DNA from: Candidatus Eiseniibacteriota bacterium
GTDB lineage: Bacteria > Eisenbacteria > RBG-16-71-46
Direction: 5' to 3'
NCBI GenBank assembly: GCA_963744995.1
Contig: CAVUWA010000011.1
Span: 416,001 to 480,000, forward strand
Length of the DNA: 64,000 nucleotides
The notes beneath the pieces were generated by a model, which had not been told where the DNA came from, made no database searches, and saw nothing but the letters and a program-made list of their open reading frames with translations. Shown here one piece after another: positions 32,252 to 43,948 of this stretch. Within the stretch, counting starts at the first letter, position 1, and every line of letters starts with the position of its first letter. A program made the translations under genes and the position numbers.

Positions 32252-34234
32252 TCATCGGACGATGGCGATGCGGTGCATCTCGGGCGCGATGCCCTGGCCG
32301 CTCAGCCGGACGAAGTAGAGACCGCTGCCGAGTGCGCCCCCGGCCAGGTCGCGGCCGTTCCAGCGGAACGCGTAACGACCGGGCGCGAACTCGCCATCGG
32401 CGAGAGAGGCCACGCGGCGGCCGTGGAGGTCGAAGATCTCGAGCCGCAGGTCGGCGCGCTGCGCGAGGTCGAAGCGCACGGTGCCGGGCGAGCCCTGCAT
32501 CGGGTTCGGGAACGGCGCGTAGAGCACGGTCGCCTGCGGCAGGCCGCGGTCTTCCACGGCGACGTTGCCGCTCTGCAGTTCGGCACGCAGGGTGAGCGCG
32601 AGCGGCGCCAGCGCGGTCGCGCCCGGCAGCGGCTCGTCGGCGTTCGCAAAGGTCAGCGTGGCCTCGTAGACCGAGTCGGCGGTCGCGCCCGCGTCATCGA
32701 ACGCGACGTCGAACCCGGCGCCCGTCCCCGCGACCAGCACGGGATCGAAGCCGCCGACGATCGAGAACCGCCCGTCGCCGCCGGTGATGGTGGCGCCGGT
32801 CACGTCGAGCCGCGCCTGGGTCGTCTTGTAGTCGAAGTCGTGCACACGCGCGAGCATCGCCGGAAACTGCCCGGCGTCGTGCTGGCCGAAGTCGAGCACG
32901 CCCGCGACCATGATGCTCAGCGAGTCGAGCGACGGCTGCGCGTGGTCGAGCACGTCGGCGCTGAGCGACACCGTCTTCGACGGCTGGTCGGGATCGTCGC
33001 TGTTGATGATCAGGTCCCCGCTGCGCGGCCCCGCGGCACCCGGCGTGACGCTGATCGCGTGCGCGGTTCCGAGCGCGCCGGCGGCCTGGTGGAACGTGCC
33101 GACCGGTGCCGAGAAGCCGGCCGGAGCGCTGAACGAGTAGTCGAGGACGTCGGCCGGCGTCGCCGCCGGGTTCGTGATCACGAGGTAGCTCGAGCCGCCG
33201 CCGATCACGCTGCCGAAGGCGATCGCGGCAGGCGCGTCGATCTGCGCCGGCAGCTGCAGGTCCACGCGGATCGGCAGGTGGTCGGACGCGTTGAACAGCG
33301 CGCTGGCGTACGCCGCGCCCTCGGGGATCGTGGGCGCATCGGTGATGTTCTTGTTGTAGTGGAGGCCGTCGTTGCCGACGGGCACGTAGGTCGAGGCCAG
33401 CAGGTCGAGCCCCTGCCCGTCGTTCAGGTTGTAGGTGGGCAGGAACATGTCGAAGCGGTCGTCGAGCCCGCCGGTCGAGAAGCCGCCCGGGCAGCCGGAG
33501 TTGCACGGCGACTGCGTGTGATAGGGCGCGTACGCGGCGTTGTTCCAGGTGACGAGCGGCAGGTTGAGCGGATCGTAGAGCCGGCCGTCGTTGTCGGCCT
33601 GATTGGCGAGGAACGTGGTGAACGCGGCCTCGGCGCCGGTGTAGATGTTGAAGTCGCCCATCAGCATGCAGTGCGTGCCGGGTGGCACGGCGTTCATGCT
33701 GTCGCGGATGCCCGCGGCTTCCAGCGCGCGCGTTGCCGCATTCGAGCTGCCCGACGAGGCCTTGAGATGCTGCGAGTAGATGCGCAGCTCGGCGGACCCG
33801 TCCGAATAGCCGACGGGCTTCAGCCGGTACACGGCGACGAGGCGCAGCAGGTAGGACGGGTTCGGGTAGAACGCCCACGAGCCGAGGTACTGCACGGTGG
33901 CCGTGCGGTAGAACAGCGCGTTGTCGCTGTCGTTCCCGTCGTAGAACGGCGCCGCGGCCCACTGGCCGGGCTCGAGGGTATTGAGCACGTCGTTCAGGAA
34001 CTCGTCGACGCCGGCCTGCGACCGCATTTCCTGCACGACCACGACGTCGGGAGCGAGCGGTCCGATGATGGTCCGGTAGAGCGGATCACGGGTCGGGCCG
34101 GTGCTGCCGGGGTAGTTGGTGATGTTGTAGTCGAAGATCCGCAGCGCATGCGCGGAGGGGGCGGCGAGGGCGAGACAGGTTGCCGAAAACAGGGCGACCC
34201 GCGCGAGGCGCGCGAGGCGAATGCCGGAGGCCAT
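32252..34234 (-). CDS. secreted EEP protein with Ig-like domains and FlgD-Ig C-terminus (paralog 2)
   Basis: Signal peptide; DYNI, VQE, HLKAS, GDFN, DRFD, SDHLPI; PFPNP..IFDLHGRRV..SGLYF. Confidence 0.9.
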   Translation of the reverse strand: MASGIRLARLARVALFSATCLALAAPSAHALRIFDYNITNYPGSTGPTRDPLYRTIIGPLAPDVVVVQEMRSQAGVDEFLNDVLNTLEPGQWAAAPFYDGNDSDNALFYRTATVQYLGSWAFYPNPSYLLRLVAVYRLKPVGYSDGSAELRIYSQHLKASSGSSNAATRALEAAGIRDSMNAVPPGTHCMLMGDFNIYTGAEAAFTTFLANQADNDGRLYDPLNLPLVTWNNAAYAPYHTQSPCNSGCPGGFSTGGLDDRFDMFLPTYNLNDGQGLDLLASTYVPVGNDGLHYNKNITDAPTIPEGAAYASALFNASDHLPIRVDLQLPAQIDAPAAIAFGSVIGGGSSYLVITNPAATPADVLDYSFSAPAGFSAPVGTFHQAAGALGTAHAISVTPGAAGPRSGDLIINSDDPDQPSKTVSLSADVLDHAQPSLDSLSIMVAGVLDFGQHDAGQFPAMLARVHDFDYKTTQARLDVTGATITGGDGRFSIVGGFDPVLVAGTGAGFDVAFDDAGATADSVYEATLTFANADEPLPGATALAPLALTLRAELQSGNVAVEDRGLPQATVLYAPFPNPMQGSPGTVRFDLAQRADLRLEIFDLHGRRVASLADGEFAPGRYAFRWNGRDLAGGALGSGLYFVRLSGQGIAPEMHRIAIVR

Positions 34235-34320
34235 GGTGACTCCTCACAAAGGTGCGATGCGGCCGTTGGGGGAGACCACCGGGCCGGATGCTTTGAAATC
34301 GTTGAAATGAAGCCGGCTCA

Positions 34321-34350
34321 ATTCTATCGAGATCGAGGCAGGCGTCACAA
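34321..34350 (-). promoter_or_regulatory. candidate sigma70 promoter of the EEP operon
   Basis: TTGTGA-N18-TAGAAT on the minus strand. Confidence 0.5.
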
Positions 34351-34701
34351 GGAATGGCGTGCGTGGAAAGGGTCTCCTGAAGGCGCATGGCCGTGCCGCG
34401 ACGCCGGCGCCGGCCCCCTGCCGGCGGAGACGGGAGATCCGGGCGGCGCCGCGCTCGCGGGCCGGCGGCCCCGCGGCGGTCCGCCCAGCCTGGCGCCGGC
34501 GCGGAAGATGCGGGCGCGCGCGGCCGGGGTGGCGCGCGGCGCGATGCGAAATGCGCCGCCACGGCGCCGGTCGGGCACCGTGCCGCGCCGGCCCGGCGGA
34601 CCGAAATTCGGCTGGGGAAAATCGCGCACCAGGGCCCGAAAAATCGGCCGGAGCGGCGATTCCGGCTCATGCGGATGAGGGGCGGTGACGATAAAAAACC
34701 T

Positions 34702-36090
34702 GTGACTGCCAGGCCCACGCACCTCGCGACCGAATCCGTTCGTGTCTCCGAAGTCCTCGCAGCGCTTTCCTTCGCCCTCGATCTCACCGAAGGACAGCCG
34801 ATCGGCCACTCGCTGCGCGCCTGCCTGATCGGGATGGAGATCGCCGAGCGCCTCGACCTCTCGATGCAGGATCGCCGCGATCTCTACTACGGCCTCATGC
34901 TCAAGGACGTCGGCTGCTCCAGCAATTCGGCGCGCGTCTTCGAGCTGTTCGGCGGCGACGACCGCGAGGCAAAGCGTGAGCTCAAGCGCGTGGACTGGGC
35001 CAACTATTTCAAGGCGGCACGCTACGCGATGGCCCAGGCGGAGCCGGGCGCGCCCTGGTTCGTGCGCGCGCGGCGCATCGCGAACCTGGCCCGCCGCGGC
35101 CCGGGCGTGGCGGCCGAGCTGGTGCGCACGCGCTGCGAGCGCGGCGCCGCGATCGTTTCGCGGCTGGGCTTCGGCTCGAACGTGGCCGAAGCGGTCCGCA
35201 ACCTCGACGAGCACTGGGATGGCGGCGGTCATCCGCGGGGGCTCGACAGCACCGCGATTCCGATCGCCTCGCGCATCATGGGCCTCGCGCAGACGATGGA
35301 CGTGTTCGCAATGATCGAAGGGCCGAACGGCGCCGCGCGCATGATCGAGGCACGCCGCGGACGCTGGTTCGATCCGACGGTCGTGTCGGCGGCGCGTGGC
35401 ATGGAGAGCCGGCTCGCGATGTGGTGCGGCATGGACGAAGGGCTGCTCGGCCGCGAGGTCATGGCCGCCGAGCCCGGCGGCGCCGCGCTGCTCGCCGGGC
35501 CGGGCACGCTGGATCGCATCGCGCAGGGCTTCGCGGACGTGGTGGATGCGAAGTCGCCGTTCACGGGCCAGCATTCGTCGCGGGTCACCGAGATCGCCGT
35601 GCGACTGGCCGAGGGCCTCGGCTATGCGCCCGAGGCGATCACGGATCTGCGTCGCGCCGCGCTGCTTCACGACATCGGCAAGCTCTCGGTGTCGAACGCG
35701 ATCCTCGACAAGCCCGACAAGCTGACCGAGGACGAGTGGGACTCGGTGCGCATGCATCCCTACTACTCGAAGCGGATCCTCCAGCACGTGCGCGGCTTCG
35801 AAGAGATCGCGCACGTCGCCGGGTGTCACCACGAGCGGCTCGACGGCCAGGGTTACTTCGAGGGCCTCGCCGGCGACCAGATCCCGATGCAGGCGCAGAT
35901 CATCAGCGCTGCGGACGTCTTCGACGCGTTGTCGTCGGAGCGGCCGTATCGTCCGGCGCTCGGCACCGAAGTCGCGCTCGCGATGATGGAGCGCGATCGC
36001 GGCCGGGCGATCGACGGCGATCTGCTCGACCTGCTCGAGCGCATCGCGTACGGGCTCGAAGACCGGACCGCGGAGCGCGAAGCGGCGTAG
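34702..36090 (+). CDS. tandem HD-GYP domain protein (putative cyclic-dinucleotide phosphodiesterase)
   Basis: N-terminal degenerate domain (LKDVGC, DEHWDGGGHPRG); C-terminal LHDIGK, HHERLDGQGY, ADVFDAL, RPYR; start uncertain (34669 or 34702). Confidence 0.9.
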   Translation: MTARPTHLATESVRVSEVLAALSFALDLTEGQPIGHSLRACLIGMEIAERLDLSMQDRRDLYYGLMLKDVGCSSNSARVFELFGGDDREAKRELKRVDWANYFKAARYAMAQAEPGAPWFVRARRIANLARRGPGVAAELVRTRCERGAAIVSRLGFGSNVAEAVRNLDEHWDGGGHPRGLDSTAIPIASRIMGLAQTMDVFAMIEGPNGAARMIEARRGRWFDPTVVSAARGMESRLAMWCGMDEGLLGREVMAAEPGGAALLAGPGTLDRIAQGFADVVDAKSPFTGQHSSRVTEIAVRLAEGLGYAPEAITDLRRAALLHDIGKLSVSNAILDKPDKLTEDEWDSVRMHPYYSKRILQHVRGFEEIAHVAGCHHERLDGQGYFEGLAGDQIPMQAQIISAADVFDALSSERPYRPALGTEVALAMMERDRGRAIDGDLLDLLERIAYGLEDRTAEREAA

Positions 36091-36178
36091 GCACGCCGAA
36101 ACCGTCCGAACGTGCGAGGGCCGCCCGGCGGGCGGCCCGCTTCGCATGGGACGCGGGCAGGGTGCCGCAGGGCCGGCG

Positions 36179-36976
36179 CTACAACCGGGTGCCCAGGGCG
36201 CGCGCGAACACGTCCCGGTACTGGCGCGTGAGCCGCAGCACGGTGCCGTCCTCGAGCGTGACGTCGTAGTCGCCGTGTGATCGGCGCGTGAGCCGCTGCA
36301 CCGCATCCTTGCGCACCAGCGTGGAGCGATGGATGCGCGCGAAGCGGCCGGCGAGCCGTCGCTCGAAGTCCGCGAGCGTGCCGCGCACCAGATGCTGCGT
36401 CGCGCCGGCGTGCAGGCACACGTAATCGCCCGCGGCTTCCATCCAGCCGACGTCGCCCGGGTCGACGAGCAGGATGCCGTCGCGCCCGGGGACGGGAATG
36501 CGCTCGGTGCCCCGCGCCGGGTGCTCGGCGGCGTCCGCCGGCGGGGCGGAGCGCGCCTCCGCGATCAGGTCGAGCAGCATCTCGCGCATGGCGGCCGAGC
36601 GGCCTTCGCTGATTCGCTGCCGCACGTTGCGCAGCGCTTCGGCGAAGCGCTCGTCGTCGAAGGGCTTGAGCAGATAGTCCACCGCCCGCGCCGCGAATGC
36701 GCGCAGCGCGTAGCGGTCCCATGCGGTGACGAACACGACCGCAGGCAGCCGGTCGGGCGGGAGCGCCTCGATCACTCCGAAGCCGTCGAGCCCCGGCATC
36801 TGGACGTCGAGGAACAGCACGTCCGGCGCGTGCTCGAGCACCGCCGCCACGGCCTGCTTGCCGCTCGCGGCCTCGGCGACGATCTGCACGCCCGCGTCGC
36901 CGGAGAGCAGCTTCCGGATCCGCGATCGCGCTGCCGCCTCGTCGTCGGCGATCATCACGCGCAGGTGGTCCATCAT
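36179..36976 (-). CDS. LytTR-family response regulator
   Basis: ADDE, FLDVQMP, DYLLKPF, FARIHRSTLV. Confidence 0.95.
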   Translation of the reverse strand: MMDHLRVMIADDEAAARSRIRKLLSGDAGVQIVAEAASGKQAVAAVLEHAPDVLFLDVQMPGLDGFGVIEALPPDRLPAVVFVTAWDRYALRAFAARAVDYLLKPFDDERFAEALRNVRQRISEGRSAAMREMLLDLIAEARSAPPADAAEHPARGTERIPVPGRDGILLVDPGDVGWMEAAGDYVCLHAGATQHLVRGTLADFERRLAGRFARIHRSTLVRKDAVQRLTRRSHGDYDVTLEDGTVLRLTRQYRDVFARALGTRL

Positions 36977-38157
36977 GCCGCGCCGCCTGCGCCGCGCTCC
37001 GCTGCGCCCGTGCCGAGCGGCAGCCGAATCCGCACCGCGAGGCCGGCATCGGCCTTCGTGGCGATCTCGAGCGCGTGATCGGCGCCGTAGATGTGACGCA
37101 GGCGCTCGCGGGTGATGCGCAGACCATTGCCCTCTGCAAGGGTGCCCGCGGCGCCGAGTCCGCGACCGTCGTCGGCGATCTCGAGCTGCAGCCATGCGCC
37201 ATCAATGCCGGCCCGGATCGCGATCGAGCCGCCCGTTTCGAGCGGTCCGATACCGTGCCGGATCGCGTTTTCGACGAGCGGTTGCAGCAGCAGCGGCGGC
37301 ACCCGTGCCGCGCGCGCCGCGGGCGCGATCTCCCAGACGACGCCGAGTCGCGCTCCGTAACGCACCCGCTCGATGTCGAGGTAGCGCTCGAGGAGGTCGA
37401 GCTCGTCTTCGAGCGGCACGTCGGCCGCCTCACCGATCTCCAGCGTGGTGCGCAACAGATCGCTCAACCGCGCGATCAGCCGCCGGGCCGTCGGCGCGTC
37501 TTCGTCGACGAGTGCGGCGATCGAGTGCAGCGTGTTGAAGAGGAAGTGCGGGTGCAACTGGCTCTGCAGCACCTGCAGCCGCGCCCGCGCGAGGCCGGCA
37601 CGCGCATCCGCCGCGTCGGCGCGAGCCCGCGCCGATTCGGCCTGTACGCGCGCGGTCTCGATCTCGCGTTCGCGCAGCTGGCGGAAGCTCCAGATCGCGT
37701 GATGCACGCCGACGAGGCCCCAGTAGAGAATGATCGCGACGTTGAGCCGTGCCCGGAAGATCGCCGTGAACAGATTCGGAAACGGCTGCTCGGCGTACGA
37801 GGGCATCGCCACCCGCATCCACAGCGCATAGGCGACGAGATAGACCAGCGCGCAGGCGAGTCCGGCGAAAACGTGGACCGGTGCGTGCCGCAGCAGGCGG
37901 CCCGGAACCAGCGGAAAGCGCTGCGCGAGCGCGAAGACGAGCGGTGTCATCAGGCTCCAGACCTGCCACGGCGGCAGCTCGCGCAGAAGCTGCACGCCCA
38001 GGGCGCCGGGCTGCCCCACGTTGCGTGCCGCGAGGTAGTACTGGCTCGCCGAGAGCAGTCCGACCGCGAACCACGCGCCCGCCACCGCGAGCGCGGCGCG
38101 CAGGCGGGCGCGGCCCCGCGGCGCGGGCGCGGCGGGCGTGTCGTGAACGAGCGTCAT
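36973..38157 (-). CDS. LytS-family membrane histidine kinase
   Basis: About 4 TMs, QLHPHFLFNTLHSI, LLQPLVENAIRHG, DDGRG, GNGL. Confidence 0.93.
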   Translation of the reverse strand: MTLVHDTPAAPAPRGRARLRAALAVAGAWFAVGLLSASQYYLAARNVGQPGALGVQLLRELPPWQVWSLMTPLVFALAQRFPLVPGRLLRHAPVHVFAGLACALVYLVAYALWMRVAMPSYAEQPFPNLFTAIFRARLNVAIILYWGLVGVHHAIWSFRQLREREIETARVQAESARARADAADARAGLARARLQVLQSQLHPHFLFNTLHSIAALVDEDAPTARRLIARLSDLLRTTLEIGEAADVPLEDELDLLERYLDIERVRYGARLGVVWEIAPAARAARVPPLLLQPLVENAIRHGIGPLETGGSIAIRAGIDGAWLQLEIADDGRGLGAAGTLAEGNGLRITRERLRHIYGADHALEIATKADAGLAVRIRLPLGTGAAERGAGGAA

Positions 38158-38287
38158 GGCAGGGCAGCATAAGTCGAAACGAGGCCCGCAACACGCCCAA
38201 GCGCACACCGCACCCGCCCGCGCGCCGCCCACGCCGGCTGCGTCCCGGGCGCGGCGCGCGGCGGCGCCGCCTGGGCGCGGATACGGA

Positions 38288-38321
38288 CCGCTTCGCCGCA
38301 TGGGGCGGCCGCTTCGTCGCA
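38288..38321 (+). promoter_or_regulatory. LytTR-type direct repeat, 21-bp period
   Basis: CCGCTTCGCCGCA (38288) and CCGCTTCGTCGCA (38309). Confidence 0.7.
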
Positions 38322-38384
38322 GCGCCATTGGCGGCGGTCGCCGCACGCGACAGAGTCGGAGCGGACCCGATCCAGGGAGGCTCC

Positions 38385-39365
38385 ATGAACCGCTTCGCGT
38401 CGTTCCGGTACGCAGTGGTCGCGCTGCTGCTGTCGATCGCGCTCGTCCGATCCGCCGGGGCCGCGTGGCCGCCGGACAAGTTCGACAACCTGAAGGTGCT
38501 GCCGAAGGACGCATCGCGGCGCGAGCTGCTCGACACGATGGCCGGCTTCACGCGCGCCCTCGGCGTACGCTGCTCCCACTGCCACGTGGGCGAAGAGGGC
38601 AAGCCGCTTTCGACCTACGATTTCCCGAGCGACGACAAGGCGACCAAGCGCAAGGCGCGCGAGATGATGCGCATGGTGAACGACCTCAACGGTCGCTTCC
38701 TGCCGTCGCTCGAGTCGCGCGCCGAGCCGCAGGTCGGGGTGCAGTGCGTCACCTGCCACCGCGGCGCCACGGAGCCGCGCATGCTGCAGGACGTGCTGCT
38801 GCACACCTACGAAACGGCGGGCATCGACTCGACGCTCGCCGGGTATCACGCGTTGCGCGAGCGCTATTACGGCCGCTTCACGTATGACTTCGGCGAGGTG
38901 CCGCTGTCGGACGTCGGCACGAAGGTGTCGCAGGACGGTCACCTGGACGATGCGGTCAGGCTCTTCGCGCTCAACGTCGAAGAGAATCCCGGCTCCGTGC
39001 TGGCGAAGCGGCAGCACGGCTCCGCCGCCGTGCTGCAGGCGTTCGTCGCCGGTGGCGCGGACAGCGGCACCGCCGCCTGGCGCCGTCTGCGCGAAGCGTA
39101 CGGGGACGCCGCGTTCCCCGAGCGCACGCTCAACCACGTCGGCTATCAGCTGCTCAATCAACAGAAATTCGTCACAGCCATTGCCGCGTTCCGCCTGAAC
39201 GCCGAGGCGTTTCCCGAATCCGGCAACACCTTCGACAGCCTCGGCGAGGCGTACATGAAGCACGGTGACCGGGCCGCGGCGATCCGCAGTTACAGGAAGT
39301 CGCTCGAGCTCGACCCGGGCAACTCCAACGCGAAGGAAAAGCTCGAGGCGCTGGGGGCGAAGTAG
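38385..39365 (+). CDS. exported diheme c-type cytochrome fused to TPR repeats
   Basis: GGGAGG RBS, signal peptide, NLKVLP, LGVRCSHCH, ARxMMxM, CVTCHRG; C-terminal LN..GY..LN..FP.S.NTFDSLGEAY..LELDP. Confidence 0.88.
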   Translation: MNRFASFRYAVVALLLSIALVRSAGAAWPPDKFDNLKVLPKDASRRELLDTMAGFTRALGVRCSHCHVGEEGKPLSTYDFPSDDKATKRKAREMMRMVNDLNGRFLPSLESRAEPQVGVQCVTCHRGATEPRMLQDVLLHTYETAGIDSTLAGYHALRERYYGRFTYDFGEVPLSDVGTKVSQDGHLDDAVRLFALNVEENPGSVLAKRQHGSAAVLQAFVAGGADSGTAAWRRLREAYGDAAFPERTLNHVGYQLLNQQKFVTAIAAFRLNAEAFPESGNTFDSLGEAYMKHGDRAAAIRSYRKSLELDPGNSNAKEKLEALGAK

Positions 39366-39592
39366 CCGGCAGGGCGCCGGGCGCCGTCACGCACCAGGCG
39401 CGACCGTGCGCCCGGCGCCCGCCGGGACCCCGCGCCGGCCGGCGGCAGGGCGCTGCAGAGACCGCGCATCGCGGCCCGCCGCCCGGGTGCACCGTTCGGA
39501 TACCGCCTCCGCAGCGGCGTTTATTTGCCCGCGCCCCTCGACGGGTCTAGGATGCTCGGCGCGCGAAACGGCGCACGCGACCCGGAGGCTCG

Positions 39593-40255
39593 ATGAAACG
39601 CGCGGGAACGCTGTTCACATCGTCGATCGGCAGAAAATGGGTGATGGCCGTGACCGGACTGATTCTCTTCGGTTTCGTCCTCGTCCACATGACCGGCAAC
39701 CTGCTGGTCTACCTCGGCCCCGAGGCGATCAACGGCTACGGCGAATTCCTGCGCACGTTTCTGCACGGCGCCGGCCTCTGGATCGCGCGGGCGGTGCTGC
39801 TGACGTCGGTGGTCCTCCACATCTGGGCCGCCTGGACGCTGTCGCTCGAGAACCTCTCCGCGCGCCCCGTCGGCTACCGCCGCACCCACCACGAGTCGTC
39901 GACCTACGCGTCGCGCACGATGGTGTGGGGCGGGCCGATCCTCGCGCTGTTCATCGTGTACCACCTGCTCGACTTCACGACCGGACAGCTGCACCCCGGC
40001 TTCGTGCCGGGCGACGTCTATCACAACTTCATCACCGGGTTCAGCCATCCGCTCGTCGTCGCGGTGTACGTGGTGGCGATGCTGGCGCTCGGCCTGCATC
40101 TCTACCACGGCGTGTGGAGCATGCTGCAGACGATGGGCCTGAACCATCCGCGCTACAACATCGCACGCAAGACGGCCGCGGCGGCGTTCGCGCTGCTGAT
40201 CGTCGTGGGCAACATCTCCATGCCGGTCGCGGTGCTGGCCGGGATCGTGCGATAG
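39593..40255 (+). CDS. sdhC: succinate dehydrogenase cytochrome b subunit
   Basis: [32 protein letters not shown]; 5 TMs. Confidence 0.95.
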   Translation: MKRAGTLFTSSIGRKWVMAVTGLILFGFVLVHMTGNLLVYLGPEAINGYGEFLRTFLHGAGLWIARAVLLTSVVLHIWAAWTLSLENLSARPVGYRRTHHESSTYASRTMVWGGPILALFIVYHLLDFTTGQLHPGFVPGDVYHNFITGFSHPLVVAVYVVAMLALGLHLYHGVWSMLQTMGLNHPRYNIARKTAAAAFALLIVVGNISMPVAVLAGIVR

Positions 40256-40265
40256 GGGGCCGACC

Positions 40266-42178
<1,913 letters not shown>

Positions 42179-42179
<1 letters not shown>

Positions 42180-42925
42180 TGGACCTCAAACTGCATGTGT
42201 GGCGGCAGAAGAACCGCAACGAGGCCGGCCGCTTCGAGACCTATGCGGCGAAGGACATCAGCCCGCACATGTCGTTCCTCGAGATGCTCGACGTCGTGAA
42301 CGAGGGCCTGATCGCAGAGAAGCAGGACCCGATCGCCTTCGACCACGACTGCCGCGAGGGCATCTGCGGCACCTGCGGCATGGTGATCAACGGCGCCCCG
42401 CACGGCCCGCGCAAGCTCACCACCACGTGCCAGCTGCACATGCGCGAGTTCAAGGACGGCGACGAGCTGTGGATCGAGCCGTGGCGCGCGAGGTCGTTCC
42501 CGGTGATCCGCGACCTGATCGTGGATCGCAGCGCGTTCGACGTGATCATCCGCGCCGGCGGTTTCGTGTCGGTGGGCACCGGCAGCGCGCCCGACGGGAA
42601 CGCGATCCCGATCGGCAAGGAGACCGCCGAGGACGCGTTCGACGCCGCCACCTGCATCGGCTGCGGCGCCTGCGTCGCCGCCTGCCCCAACGCTTCGGCC
42701 ATGCTGTTCACCGCCGCCAAGATCTCGCACCTGGGCCTCCTGCCGCAGGGCCAGCCCGAGCGCGAGGAGCGCGCGCTGCACATGGTCAAAGCCATGGATG
42801 AAGCCGGCTTCGGCAACTGCACGAATCACGGCGAGTGCTCGATCGCCTGCCCCAAGGGGATCGACCAGAAGTTCATCGCGCGAATGAACCGCGACTACGC
42901 GAAGGCGCTGCTGAACCGGAAGTAG
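42179..42925 (+). CDS. sdhB: succinate dehydrogenase iron-sulfur subunit
   Basis: TAATG overlap; [33 protein letters not shown]. Confidence 0.97.
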
Positions 42926-42955
42926 CCGCGGCGCCGGGCCACGGCTTCGCCGCCC

Positions 42956-43903
42956 CTACACCACCGCCGCCCCGCCCCGCTTCATCGCCTCGTACAGCCG
43001 CTCGGTGTCGTCGCGGCGGCACAGCTCGCTGCCGTGGGTCATCACCGCAGCGGCCCCGGCGGCGACGCCGTAGAGCGCCGCGTCCAGCACCGCCCAGCCC
43101 TGGACGAGCTTCAACACCATGCCTGCGACCGTGCTGTCGCCGGCGCCGACGCGGCTGCGGATCGGCACGCTGGGCGTACGCAGGCGGACCGTGGTGTCCT
43201 TCCACGCCAGCAGCGCGCCGCCCGGGCCGAGCGAGGCGAGCACGATCTCGGCGCTGCCCGCGTCGATGAGCCGGTGTACGGCGCGCTCCTGCGCCGCGTC
43301 GTCCTCCAGCGCTTCGCCCTCGATGTCGCACAATTCGCGCAGGTTGGGCTTCACCAGATAGACGCCGGTCGCGAGCGCGCGGCGCAGCGACTCGCCGGTG
43401 GAGTCCAGCACGAAACGGGCGCCGCGGCGCCTGGCCTCCGCCGCGAGACGCGCGATGAACGTGTGGTCCACGCCGGCCGGCGCACTGCCGCTCGCCACCA
43501 CGTAGCCCGCGGCTTCGGTGTGCTCGAGCATCGCCGCGAAGCAGTGCTCGACGTCGGCGCGATCGACGTGCGGGCCGGGCACCACGAAACGGTAGTCCTG
43601 ACGCGTGCTGCTCTCCTCGATCGTGATGTTCTCGCGGGTGAGGCCCGAGATCGGGATCGCGTGAAACGGCACCCGTTCGGCGGCGAGCAGGCGCTCGAGC
43701 AGCCGCCCGGCGTCACCGCCGGACGGAAACACCGCGAGCGCTTCGCCGCCGAGGCGCACCACGGCGCGCGCGACATTGATGCCGCCGCCGCCGGGCTCGA
43801 AGCGCGGCGGGCCGGTGCGCAGCTTCCGTTCCGGCAATACGCGTTCGACCATGAGCGTCCGGTCGATCGCCGGGTTCATGGTGAGCGTGACGATGCGGCT
43901 CAT
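42956..43903 (-). CDS. 1-phosphofructokinase-family (PfkB) hexose kinase
   Basis: TLTMNPAID, GGGGINVAR, KPNLREL, VGAGDS. Confidence 0.93.
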   Translation of the reverse strand: MSRIVTLTMNPAIDRTLMVERVLPERKLRTGPPRFEPGGGGINVARAVVRLGGEALAVFPSGGDAGRLLERLLAAERVPFHAIPISGLTRENITIEESSTRQDYRFVVPGPHVDRADVEHCFAAMLEHTEAAGYVVASGSAPAGVDHTFIARLAAEARRRGARFVLDSTGESLRRALATGVYLVKPNLRELCDIEGEALEDDAAQERAVHRLIDAGSAEIVLASLGPGGALLAWKDTTVRLRTPSVPIRSRVGAGDSTVAGMVLKLVQGWAVLDAALYGVAAGAAAVMTHGSELCRRDDTERLYEAMKRGGAAVV

Positions 43904-43948
43904 GCGGTCCTCGCAGCGGGCGGGCGGAACGGGGCGCCGGCGCCGCGC

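Noticed and set aside
28958..34234. Diversity-generating retroelement or CRISPR-like array among the repeated domains
   Set aside because: No reverse transcriptase, no near-identical template/variable repeat pair, and no regularly spaced repeats seen.
34667..34694. Possible sigma28 promoter (TCAT-N16-GACGATAA) before the HD-GYP gene
   Set aside because: Poor -35 match and off spacing.
38385..38800. Photosynthesis implied by a reaction-centre-like cytochrome
   Set aside because: Only two hemes, TPR-fused, and no puf or bch genes nearby.
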